Positions 63,913 through 64,000 of a stretch of DNA of 64,000 bases are shown in pieces. Numbering within the stretch: position 1 is the stretch's first letter; every line of letters starts with the position of its first letter. Made by a program: the position numbers and the translations under genes. This DNA is from Priapulus caudatus (taxonomy: Eukaryota). The DNA lies in contig NW_014577082.1 of the NCBI RefSeq assembly GCF_000485595.1, forward strand, positions 61,376 to 125,375. Direction: 5' to 3'. The notes below the pieces were generated by a model. That model did no database searches, was not told the DNA's origin, and was given only the letters and a program-made list of their open reading frames with translations.

Positions 63913-64000
63913 TCGACCGTTGCTCTTGTACCTGCCGGAAGTCATTATGTCAGTCAACATTTCGTACCGGATCGCCGTCGGTTGTCGCTGCAACTGCACT

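Noticed and set aside
62405..63999. His/Thr/Ala-rich long ORFs
   Set aside because: Translations of GT/GCGT/GAGT microsatellites

Overview
Metazoan (probably non-arthropod invertebrate) genomic DNA from a draft assembly that mixes accurate contigs with indel-rich long-read patches. Main content: (1) a six-domain gelsolin/villin-family gene on + with 22 identifiable coding exons (1305-22349). Exons 1-18 splice cleanly in frame (642 codons); exons 19-22 are frameshifted in place, but clean copies of exons 20-22 sit out of order at 38-41 kb. (2) An intact intronic tRNA-Gly(GCC). (3) A degraded Academ (XPG nuclease + Cys8) DNA transposon with ~500-bp inverted repeats at ~24.4-29.7 kb. (4) The first two coding exons of a PDE2A-like phosphodiesterase (31759-32062, 36471-36560), which the ORF track misses; its N-terminus reads MVLVLHH like vertebrate mitochondrial PDE2A2. 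(5) Nested MITEs/foldbacks, hAT, Helentron-like and LINE remnants, satellites and microsatellites. The block ~38047-49208 repeats earlier sequence and is most likely an assembly artefact. Most ORFs in the supplied track are spurious. I found no clearly new biological system; the best leads are the conserved PDE2A2-type N-terminus, the splice-donor-like intronic satellite and the Academ insertion.
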